The notes under the pieces were generated by a model. The model saw only the letters and a list, made by a program, of their open reading frames with translations. It did no database searches and was not told the origin of the DNA. DNA of 64,000 bases from an uncultured Bacteroidales bacterium (GTDB lineage Bacteria; Bacteroidota; Bacteroidia; Bacteroidales; UBA4417), in the NCBI GenBank assembly GCA_963802185.1, contig CAWDHU010000025.1, positions 16,997 through 80,996 on the forward strand, read 5' to 3'. Position numbers and translations under genes: made by a program. Positions 16,817-25,176 of the stretch are shown piece after piece (positions within the stretch are counted from its first letter, which is position 1; each line of letters starts with the position of its first letter).

Positions 16817-16966
16817 TCATCAGTTGAGCCTATTATAAGTGGCGGATTACGTGATACTTAACTATCATTCAACACAGCCTGTCCCGATATATCGGGAAAT
16901 GCTTGTGCGGGCGACAAAGCTTCAATTATGTTTCCAAACCCACCATTTGTTATAGTCTTTGTCGGC
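16817..16966 (-). repeat. attC-like structured element, degenerate variant upstream of the recombinase gene
   Basis: About 75% similar to 6596-6763. Shared segments are TTGAG.CTATTA..AGTGGC.G, TTGTGCGGGC.AC.AA and CCATTTGTTAT. The arms pair, but both R boxes are degenerate (TCATCA / GTCGGC). It contains the CCTGTCCCGATATATCGGGAAATG hairpin. Confidence 0.55.
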
Positions 16967-16976
16967 ATCTCGTTAT

Positions 16977-17824
16977 TTATTCTTCTGGGGCACTTAATTC
17001 CTTGTCTTCTCTTAGCCCAAGTTTTTTAGCATTAAGTGGGCTTAACACACTATTTCCTAATTTCTCTTCTAATTCCTTTCTTGCATTGCCCGCTACTGCT
17101 CCTCCTTTTCGAGCGATCAATTTATTTTCGGGAAAAGTCTTTGGCTTATGTTTTTTCGAAAGTTCAGTCGTTGATGTTTCAGCTAACATATTTAGCACCA
17201 ATTCCAAATTAGTCATGTTATCTCTAAGATTCTCTTTTTTGAGATCCTTGAAACCTTTATATTCTTTAGTCGTAAATCCTGCCCATGCTTTTGTAATCTC
17301 GTCAGTAAGAATCGCATACTCTACCCCCTTGTTAACACCTCGGTTTTCCCATTCATCAGTTAACTCTTTTCTGACCTCAATGCTTTTTAGCCGTTGATTG
17401 ATCCAGTTTTTGAATATCCTTTTTTCAAATATGTTTCCATTGCTCTATCAAAGGCAATTTCAGGGTCTTCTGTTTCTTCAATACGCTCATATCCAACTTT
17501 TGCTAACCAAACCTTAAAAGGTTCAGCTTTTGGTGAAGGTATTGATTGTATTAATCTTAATAATTGTTCTGTATCTGCAACATCTGTTTTGTAATATTTG
17601 CCATCAGCTGATTTCATTTTCAGTTGACTACAATTTGTAGCCAACTGACTTCCTTCTTGTTTAAGTCTTGTTTTTAATACACTCCAATATTTTCTGGGGT
17701 TCGGGCTTTCAGTTAATATTCCTATGATATCAACAATTGAAAAAAACCACTTTTCCCGGTCTTCATCCCATAGTACTCTAACTTTTTGGTCCTGGAATAA
17801 TCTTATTGCATTTTCTTTTGTCAT
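16977..17824 (-). pseudogene. Bro-N domain / DinD-like DNA-damage-inducible protein, frameshifted
   Basis: The 145-aa N-terminal ORF is Bro-N-like (...KVRVLWDEDREKWFFSIVDIIGILTES...). It stops at ...KKGYSKTGSING. A second frame, open from ~17445, continues KNWINQRLKSIEVRKELTDEWENRG... to 16977. An A6/T6 run at 17418-17427 lies at the junction. Confidence 0.65.
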
Positions 17825-18068
17825 ATTTTATCAAATAAGGATATTCAAAGATAATCAATCATTTCAAAATAGATATTCTATTGCAATGCCATTTTTACAA
17901 TGAATGCCAACTCATTTGTAGTGAAAACTATACTTCTTTAAAATTTGTGGTTTCAGTAATATAGGAATAAAATAATGGGTCAAATGGCGCGATAACAAAC
18001 TTTTGTTTCTTTTGTGTTTCAAAAAAAGTTTACTACAAAAGACATAAAAGGGAATATCCCACAATCTG

Positions 18069-18076
18069 TATCTTTG
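18069..18076 (+). promoter_or_regulatory. Bacteroidota -7 promoter motif TAnnTTTG (TATCTTTG)
   Basis: Exact match to the TAnnTTTG consensus, upstream of the 18170 start of the GT39 gene. Confidence 0.4.
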
Positions 18077-18169
18077 CGAAACTTTGCCAGCCCTTTAAAA
18101 CGTCCTTATCAATAGTAAAACACCCTGAAACCCCGATCAACCACCGGCTACCCCATCCTTTACCTGCTT

Positions 18170-19666
18170 ATGGTTTCAGCAGCAGTGCGTGCTTTGATGG
18201 CAGCAGGGTTTAACCTGGGCAACGACGAAGCCTACTATTATACCTATGCCTTGTATCCGGCAATGAGCCATTTCGACCATCCGCCCATGGTAGGCTGGGT
18301 AATTCAGTTGTTCAGCCTCAACCTGCATTTCAGCAGCGAAATTTTTATCCGTATGGCTGCCGTAGTTGCCGGAACGGTGAATACCTGGCTGATGTATGCC
18401 ATAGGCAGGCAACTCCGCGACGAACGCACCGGCTGGTATGCAGCATTGCTGTACACGGCTTCCGTTTATGGTTTTGTAATTGTAGGCATATTTATTTTAC
18501 CCGATTCGCCACAAAGCGTCTTCTGGCTATCGGCAATTCTGATGCTGCTGAAAGCTTTCGGCAGAGAAATTGATGTAAAAGCCAAACAAAGATTCCTGCT
18601 GGCTTCCGTTTTTATAGGACTGGCAATGCTCAGCAAATACACCTCGGCATACCTCTGGCTGGGAATGATCATTCATATCCTGATTTACAACCGCAAATGG
18701 CTGACCGAAAAAGTGTTTTACCTGGCACACCTGGTGATGGTTGTACTTTTTCTGCCGGTACTGATATGGAATGCACAAAACGGTTTTGTAAGTTTTCTTT
18801 TTCACAGTGGCCGAGTGGAACCTTTTATCAAAACCTTTACTCCGGATTATTTTCTTACCGAAGTCCTCGGTGAAGCTTTGTATACCAACCCCGTTATCCT
18901 GGTTTTGGTTGGATTTGCAGTTGTTGCCTTTTTCAAGGGGAAATACAACAAAACCAATTCTCCAATTGCATTGCTTGTATGGGCAGCGCTTCCGCTGATA
19001 GCAACATTCCTGGTTGTTTCCATATTCAGGCGCACACTTCCACATTGGAGCGGCGCAGGATATTTAACGCTTATTCCCTTGGCAGCGCTCTGGCTGCGAA
19101 ACCGTGCTGACCTGGTTTTCCCTTCTGCTATAAAAGCCGCCCTGTCCTTTTTCCTTTTGTTGATCACGCTTACTACCGCCCAGATTTTAACCGGTTTTAT
19201 CCCGATTACAAAAATTGTGAACGGCGAAACAGGTAAAGGATCAGCCGATTACTCGCTCGAAGTTTATGGGTGGCGACAATTAGGAGATGAATTCAAGTCG
19301 CTGGCAGCAATATATGAAAAAGAAGGGCTGATGCCGCCCGATTCGCCGATAGTGAGTTACCGCTGGTTTCCGGCCGCAAATTACAGTTATTATGCAGCCA
19401 GGGGAACCAACCGTTTTGTTATGGCTGCAGGCGATACCGCCGAAATCCACAAATACGCATGGATCAATGCCATTCACGGAGGATTCAGGCTCAACAGCGA
19501 TGCCTGGTATATTACCTCCAGCCGTGATTTCAGGCACCCGCGCTCCATGCGTTCGGTTTATTACGGGAAAGTGCTTCCACCCGATACCATCAGCATTATG
19601 CGAATGGGGGAGCCGGCTTATTATTTCTACGTTTACAGGCTGAAAAACCTGCAGGCGAAGAGGTAG
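18170..19666 (+). CDS. glycosyltransferase family 39 (ArnT/PMT-like membrane glycosyltransferase)
   Basis: 498 aa and polytopic. The N-terminal NLGNDEAYYYTYALYPAMSHFDHPPMVGW motif is typical of the ArnT/PMT family. There is no in-frame alternative start upstream (stop at 18116-18118). Confidence 0.8.
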   Translation: MVSAAVRALMAAGFNLGNDEAYYYTYALYPAMSHFDHPPMVGWVIQLFSLNLHFSSEIFIRMAAVVAGTVNTWLMYAIGRQLRDERTGWYAALLYTASVYGFVIVGIFILPDSPQSVFWLSAILMLLKAFGREIDVKAKQRFLLASVFIGLAMLSKYTSAYLWLGMIIHILIYNRKWLTEKVFYLAHLVMVVLFLPVLIWNAQNGFVSFLFHSGRVEPFIKTFTPDYFLTEVLGEALYTNPVILVLVGFAVVAFFKGKYNKTNSPIALLVWAALPLIATFLVVSIFRRTLPHWSGAGYLTLIPLAALWLRNRADLVFPSAIKAALSFFLLLITLTTAQILTGFIPITKIVNGETGKGSADYSLEVYGWRQLGDEFKSLAAIYEKEGLMPPDSPIVSYRWFPAANYSYYAARGTNRFVMAAGDTAEIHKYAWINAIHGGFRLNSDAWYITSSRDFRHPRSMRSVYYGKVLPPDTISIMRMGEPAYYFYVYRLKNLQAKR

Positions 19667-19900
19667 TTCGTATAAGGTAAAATTTACCCTTTTTATAAAA
19701 AGACCCAAGTTACAAATCTCAAATTTCAAGAACCAAGGCCTGCTCAATATCCCTTCCTGGAATTTGAGGCTTGGTCCCGATAGTAACAATCGGGATGGTT
19801 TTTGGGGCTTAATATGTAGAAAAATTATTTTTGTAAATGATTTTGCAGGCTCCAATTGAATTTACTGGTAAAATTAACCCAAAACTGCTCAAATGCTTGA

Positions 19901-20346
19901 TATATATCGTCCCTAACGGGACTTAAAATCAGGATGGGGTGCTTTTATTCTACCAATATTTAGCCCCTGGCGGGGCTGTCACGTAGATTATTTGTGGTAG
20001 CAAATAACTATTGGTAGAACCCAATTTATAAATTAGGTATAAGTCCCGCTAGGGACGATATATTGGTAGAAAACAATTAATTATATTTGTATAAAGTCCC
20101 GTCAGGGACGATATAAAATTATAGCTATGGCCAATACATATACACAAATTCACATCCAGGCAGTCTTCACATTTGAAATTTTAAATTAGGAGATATAGGG
20201 AATTGCAAATCAGCATAAGATCACACGGCGTAAAATATTGGTAAATAGCATATTGAATATTTATATCCAGTCCCATAGGGACGCTATATAGGTAGAAAAC
20301 AATTAATTATATTTGTATAAAGTCCCGTCAGGGACGATATAAAATT
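19901..20346. repeat. cluster of REP-like hairpins (GTCCC-N4-GGGAC) plus a 109-bp duplication of the transposase 5' region
   Basis: Hairpins lie at 19901-19924, 20041-20072, 20094-20120, 20269-20298 and 20320-20346, with a variant at 19948-19980. 20062-20170 is ~95% identical to 20288-20398, which includes the first 44 nt of the transposase ORF. Confidence 0.75.
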
Positions 20347-20352
20347 ATCGCC

Positions 20353-20841
20353 ATGGCCAATACATATACACAAATTCATATCCAGGCAGTTTTCGCTGTC
20401 CAAAACCGTGAATGCATTATCCGCGATTCCTGGAAAGATGAGCTTTATAAATATATCAGTGGAATTGTGCAACAGAATAACCACAAACTTTTATCTGTTA
20501 ACGGAATGCCGGATCATGTTCATATTCTTTTTGGATTAAGACCATCACAATCCATTTCCGATTTAATGCAGGATGTCAAAGGAAGTTCATCAAAATGGAT
20601 CAATGACAAAAATCTCGTAAAAGGCAAATTTTCATGGCAGGAAGGTTATGGTGCATTTTCTTACAGCAAACACGAAGTCCCGGGTATAATTCAGTATATA
20701 ATAAATCAAACAGACCATCACAGAAGGAAAACCTTTTCAGAAGAATATAATGAAATGTTAAAGGAATTTGAAATTGATTTTGACGACAGATTTATCTTCA
20801 AACCCATTGATATAAGCTATAACGTACCTGACGGCACTTAA
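20353..20841 (+). CDS. IS200-like Y1 (HUH) transposase / REP-associated tyrosine transposase (RAYT-like)
   Basis: 162 aa. MANTYTQIHIQAVFAVQNR..., the HUH motif in PDHVHILFG, and the Tyr region WQEGYGAFSY. It is flanked on both sides by inverted GTCCCTGACGGGAC hairpins. Confidence 0.85.
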   Translation: MANTYTQIHIQAVFAVQNRECIIRDSWKDELYKYISGIVQQNNHKLLSVNGMPDHVHILFGLRPSQSISDLMQDVKGSSSKWINDKNLVKGKFSWQEGYGAFSYSKHEVPGIIQYIINQTDHHRRKTFSEEYNEMLKEFEIDFDDRFIFKPIDISYNVPDGT

Positions 20842-20859
20842 TGGAATGACATACTGATA

Positions 20860-20891
20860 TTCTACCAATATACCGTCCCTGACGGGACTTA
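20860..20891. repeat. REP-like hairpin downstream of the Y1 transposase
   Basis: TTCTACCAATATACCGTCCCTGACGGGACTTA is the inverted counterpart of the upstream ...GTCCCGCTAGGGACGATATATTGGTAGAAA. Confidence 0.7.
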
Positions 20892-20916
20892 GAATAGAAA
20901 GCGCTGAATATCTTTT

Positions 20917-21996
20917 CTAAACATATTCAATTATTTCCGCTTCACCGTGCAGAATCATTACCCCGTTTGTAGCCAGCGAATCGAGATCATTAACGATAGG
21001 ATATACCGAAACCGGGGCTATTTTTTTAATGCGGTTCACCAGCTTTTCGGCAAAAAACCTGTTATTCATGATGGAGCCCATAATAAGAGTGGCGTCTACA
21101 TTAAATTCGAGAACTGCCGCCATACTGCCTATTTCTTTTGCAATCTGGTAAGCCATGGCATCAACGATGAATCTGGCTTTTTCGTCGCCCGATTCCACCA
21201 TCGATGTAATCTCCGACAGAGATTTGGTGCCGAGATAGGCTTTCACTCCACCCTTCTCGGTAATCAGCTCACGCATTTCTGCATGCGTGTAATTCCCGCT
21301 GTAGCACAAATCAATCAGCTGTCCTGCCGGCAGGCTCCCTGCGCGGGTCATAGAGAAAGGCCCGTCGCCGTCGAATGCCTGGTTTACATCTACTACGAGC
21401 CCGTTGCGGTGTGCTCCAACCGATACGCCGCCATTGCCGATGTAGGCGATTATCACTTTCAAATCTTTGTAATTGCAGTTGATGCTTTTGGCATACTCAC
21501 GCGAAATATTAAAATGGTTGAGCGCATGGAAAATGGAATTTCTTTCGATCTGGGGCAAGCCCGAGACCTTGGCAATGGGTTCCATTTCGTCAACAACCAC
21601 AGGATCGGCCAGGTAAGCTTTTGCGTTGGGTAGTTTTGATGCAATCTGATCAGCGATAAGGCCGCCAAGGTTAGTAGCATGCATTCCCATAACACCAACT
21701 CTCAGGTCGTGCTTCATGGCTTCGTTCACCTGGTACACACCCGATTTAAGCGGTTTTATCAGACCGCCGCGAGCCATTACTATGGCTATATCGGCGAAAT
21801 CTATCTGGTTGTTTTCCAGCTCTGTCATAATTAGGTCGGTGCGGTAATCGAGCTGTTCGATTACATGCGCATATCCGGAAACTGCTTCCGGTTTATGACG
21901 TATGGATTTCAGAAAAATAAGGCTGGTATTGCGATACACTGCAATCTTGGTAATATCTACTTCCGGATATATAACCAGAATCTGTTGTGCTGACAT
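20917..21996 (-). CDS. buk: butyrate kinase
   Basis: 359 aa of the ASKHA fold. ILVIYPEVDITKIAVY..., ARGGLIKP, HATNLGGLIA, AYIGNGGVSVGAH and FDGDGPFSMTRAGSLP match butyrate kinases. Confidence 0.88.
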   Translation of the reverse strand: MSAQQILVIYPEVDITKIAVYRNTSLIFLKSIRHKPEAVSGYAHVIEQLDYRTDLIMTELENNQIDFADIAIVMARGGLIKPLKSGVYQVNEAMKHDLRVGVMGMHATNLGGLIADQIASKLPNAKAYLADPVVVDEMEPIAKVSGLPQIERNSIFHALNHFNISREYAKSINCNYKDLKVIIAYIGNGGVSVGAHRNGLVVDVNQAFDGDGPFSMTRAGSLPAGQLIDLCYSGNYTHAEMRELITEKGGVKAYLGTKSLSEITSMVESGDEKARFIVDAMAYQIAKEIGSMAAVLEFNVDATLIMGSIMNNRFFAEKLVNRIKKIAPVSVYPIVNDLDSLATNGVMILHGEAEIIEYV

Positions 21997-22225
21997 GGCA
22001 GGGTTTTTATTTGAAAGGTCAAATTTATTAATATTTCCGGTAAGTTCCTTCGCGGGAAGCAGGATAAGTTAAAAGTTTAAAAGGGTAACAGGTAGCTGGT
22101 TTCAAGTATAAAGGCTGCTTTTTCCGGAAACTATTTTCCATTAACTATTTTCTATTTGTTCAAAGTTCTGAACCAATACATCCGAAATCCAACATCCGAA
22201 ATCCAACATCCGAAATCCGAAATTA

Positions 22226-22426
22226 TTAATCACCACTCTCCCCATCATCCATATGTTGATTTATGATGTGCCAGGTTACAGCCCGCCCTACAAAGTACAT
22301 CACCAGCAGGAAGATAAACGGGTAATCCGACATGATCCCGATATTGCCTGTGTAATTCAACAATATCAGCAAGAGCCCTAATACTACAATTACAATCAGA
22401 TCGGGAATTCGTTGTTTACTCAGCAT
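22226..22426 (-). CDS. hypothetical small membrane protein
   Basis: 66-aa ORF with two hydrophobic helices. The conserved ~155-bp post-stop element follows its stop codon. Confidence 0.45.
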   Translation of the reverse strand: MLSKQRIPDLIVIVVLGLLLILLNYTGNIGIMSDYPFIFLLVMYFVGRAVTWHIINQHMDDGESGD

Positions 22427-22745
22427 AACGATTGATTTTCAGCAAACGTACAAAAAACAGGGATTAATTCTGACTGAAGGGTTGGTTTATTTACAATAAC
22501 AACACCAAAGAAGACTAAAATGGGGAAATTCCTTTCATAGTAATCATGACTTAGGCACTGTTTAAAATTACTAACTATTCGCAGTTAATTAAGTAAGAGT
22601 CGGAAGACTGGAGTCAGAAGACGGAAGAATCCTCAATTTAAGATCAAATTTCTTAGGATATTTTCGCCCCTCTCCCCTCGCCTTGTCTCCCCTCACTATT
22701 TCAGAATGTAAAAACTATGATTTCAAACAGACTCTCTGAAAAATT

Positions 22746-23861
22746 CTATTTTTTAAACTTATAAAAGTAGCTTCCAAAGGCAAATACTACAATTATACCC
22801 GACAGGATAAAGGCCCATACATTTGCCTTTCGCGATTGAGCTGAAATTTCGCAATCGCTGTACACCATGCGGTAAGCAGTAAGCCTCCATACCAAAGTGT
22901 CGCTGCGGATTACAGCGTTATTCGGTTCAATTACTTTACCCGGCAGCAACAATTTATAGTCAATGGATTTGGTGAAATACTTTATAAACTCAAGGCTATC
23001 CAGGTTATCTTCAAATTTTTTCATCGGGCTTTCTTTCCTGTTCCATAATGTAGAGAATGCGGTGGTTTTAAAATAATTGTCAAGGCATTTATCCATTTCC
23101 AGTTCCATTTCCCCGTTTTTATTGAATGTCATATTCTTTTTAAAAACAGAATCCCTGGCTTGCTCAAGGTGTATTTTGGTTACAGGTTTCGGATCCAGCA
23201 TGTCATAATTTGCGAGAAGAGTTTTGTATTCAACATTCCACAGGTTATGGGCAAACCAGGAGTTGTATTTATTTTCGATCTCACCGATATATTCACGGAT
23301 TTCGACTCCGTTCATTCCTTTCAGTAAGTCAGGCTTGCCCGAAAACCAGAATGAGGCTTCATCGTTGGTCATATATTTTGAAAAAGGCACATTATCAAAC
23401 GTTTTTATTTTAGGATAAACCTCTTTATAGGTGTAATAGGTATAAAACCACCGGAATTTCTTTTCCAGTGAGGCTGTAGTCCTGAAATTATGCCAATCAT
23501 CCGATTTCTTAAAATTGAATTTGTCAGCCATATCTTTTACATCAGCATAATCGTGCCGGGCTGTAACGATTATTCTTCTGGATGTATCACCGGCATTCCA
23601 TTTACAGTTTTTTACCGGCCAGTTGGTATGGATTTCCTGGTTTACATACACCCAGGACATCTTCCAGCCCGAATCCAGGTCCACCGGAAAGGGATTGTTT
23701 TGGGCAGTATCGCCGTTCATGAAAGCGGAATCGGCATTTTTTACAAATTCACGGTAACACGAACCATCCGGATTTATTACCGTTAACATTTCATCCTGGT
23801 TGGTACAGGACACTGCAAGCATGCATATTGCAAGTATTGGAATCAGGGCTATACGTTTCAT
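22746..23861 (-). CDS. hypothetical lipoprotein with a C-terminal TM anchor (downstream of the ECF sigma/anti-sigma pair)
   Basis: MKRIALIPILAICMLAVSC is a lipobox-type signal and there is a terminal hydrophobic helix. It abuts the anti-sigma-like gene: stop 23880 and start 23861-23879. Confidence 0.6.
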   Translation of the reverse strand: MKRIALIPILAICMLAVSCTNQDEMLTVINPDGSCYREFVKNADSAFMNGDTAQNNPFPVDLDSGWKMSWVYVNQEIHTNWPVKNCKWNAGDTSRRIIVTARHDYADVKDMADKFNFKKSDDWHNFRTTASLEKKFRWFYTYYTYKEVYPKIKTFDNVPFSKYMTNDEASFWFSGKPDLLKGMNGVEIREYIGEIENKYNSWFAHNLWNVEYKTLLANYDMLDPKPVTKIHLEQARDSVFKKNMTFNKNGEMELEMDKCLDNYFKTTAFSTLWNRKESPMKKFEDNLDSLEFIKYFTKSIDYKLLLPGKVIEPNNAVIRSDTLVWRLTAYRMVYSDCEISAQSRKANVWAFILSGIIVVFAFGSYFYKFKK

Positions 23862-23879
23862 GACTTTTATCTTTAACAT

Positions 23880-24317
23880 TTATTGAGCAACAGTTTCCTG
23901 GTCTATTGACACGTATTTCAGGTAAAGCTGTTTTGAATTCTCGTTTTCAGCCTGGTTACTTTTCATGTAGCAGATGTACTGGTTTAGCAGCTTCCTGTTT
24001 TCAGTCATTCTTATTGTGGTTTCAGCATTGCAATTCATTTTTTTAAGAACAGCCTGGTTTACATACTTTGAAGCAGTATACACCTGAGTTGTATTCGTAG
24101 TTTCAACCTGCTGGTAAAAAAACAAACCCAGCAAAAACACCGCGGCAGCCGTCATTATCGGACGCATCCATATAAGAATTTGTTGTGGGATGTTATTATT
24201 TTGACGGCTTATGGCCTGCATTATATCATGAGTCAGCAGGTCGGCATCAGAAGGAACCGGTTTCACTTCCCTGAGTCTGTTAACCAGGGTGTTGTATTTT
24301 GTATTATCAGTTGTCAT
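23880..24317 (-). CDS. putative anti-sigma factor (single-pass membrane protein)
   Basis: 145 aa immediately downstream of the ECF sigma gene, with a central TM helix (PIMTAAAVFLLGLFFYQQV). Confidence 0.55.
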   Translation of the reverse strand: MTTDNTKYNTLVNRLREVKPVPSDADLLTHDIMQAISRQNNNIPQQILIWMRPIMTAAAVFLLGLFFYQQVETTNTTQVYTASKYVNQAVLKKMNCNAETTIRMTENRKLLNQYICYMKSNQAENENSKQLYLKYVSIDQETVAQ

Positions 24318-24332
24318 GGTTTCAAATTGCTG

Positions 24333-24881
24333 TTAAATGTTCTCAATCTTTTTGCGGATAAACTGCCGGGCTAAGTACAGGTTACTTTTAATTTTTTCAG
24401 CCGATAACCCGGTGATGGATATTATTTCTTCTATTTCAAGTCCTTCGAGGTCGCGCAAGGTAAAAACCAGTTTTTGCTTCGGCGTTAAATTGCCGGTTAG
24501 TGATAATATGATTTGCGACAGTTCCTCATTTATTATTGTTTTCTCTATGTTTTCGTTCGAAATAAACTCACTTATCACGTTTGTATCATCTAACCTCAGG
24601 GTATAATTATGCTTTGCTTTTCTAAGTTTATCATAGCATTGGTTCGCTGCAATTGTGTAAAGCCAGGTCGAAAATTTGAGTTCGGGTTTAAAGCGTTCCA
24701 GGTTCTTCCACACTTTGATAAAGGTTTCCTGTACAATGTCTTTGGCATCGTCGTCGTTGCACAGCAACCTGAATGCCAGTGTATAAACCATTGCCTGATG
24801 AGCCTCAACCAGTTTCCTGAATGCCTGGGAATCATTCTGCCTGCTTAAAACAATTAATTCTTTTACAGTGGATTGGTGCAT
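24333..24881 (-). CDS. RNA polymerase sigma-70 family ECF sigma factor
   Basis: 182 aa. Region 2 is DAKDIVQETFIKVW...FSTWLYTIAANQCYD and region 4 is LTPKQKLVFTLRDLEGLEIEEIISITGLSAEKIKSNLYLAR. Confidence 0.88.
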   Translation of the reverse strand: MHQSTVKELIVLSRQNDSQAFRKLVEAHQAMVYTLAFRLLCNDDDAKDIVQETFIKVWKNLERFKPELKFSTWLYTIAANQCYDKLRKAKHNYTLRLDDTNVISEFISNENIEKTIINEELSQIILSLTGNLTPKQKLVFTLRDLEGLEIEEIISITGLSAEKIKSNLYLARQFIRKKIENI

Positions 24882-25176
24882 CAGGAATAATGTGTTTGTA
24901 TATTATACGCCGAAAAGAGAATCCGGTCGAATTTTAGTATGATTCAGTAGAGCAACCAAAAACAGGCTGATAGATATTTTTCGGAGGCAAATCGTTCGAA
25001 ATGAATTCAATAGCCTGATCTTTCCTGCTTTATTTAAAAAGAAAAGACTGACAGGGGAAGTCAAATCATGTTTAGGATGTAAAGTATATTTTAGATACAG
25101 TTTCATATAAAAACAATTCCAGACCGGTTAAAAAGGCATGAATTCCAGCAACTAACTTTAACACCTGAATTCCCGG

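Noticed and set aside
6596-16966. Interpreting the two outer elements as attL/attR direct repeats of a tRNA- or ncRNA-targeting integrative island.
   Set aside because: They are only ~75% similar, with no long identical core. They are full hairpin elements of the same family as the inner repeats. No tRNA or tmRNA-like target is present at either end.
16903-17397. 164-aa + strand ORF across the DinD-like locus.
   Set aside because: It is antisense to the two halves of a recognisable Bro-N/DinD-like gene. The translation is Ser/Leu/Phe-rich and of low complexity.
18176-19855. Multiple antisense or alternative-frame ORFs across the GT39 gene (for example 18527-19045 -, 19280-19855 -).
   Set aside because: They are contained in, or overlap, a polytopic GT39 ORF with family motifs. 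They have no motifs of their own.
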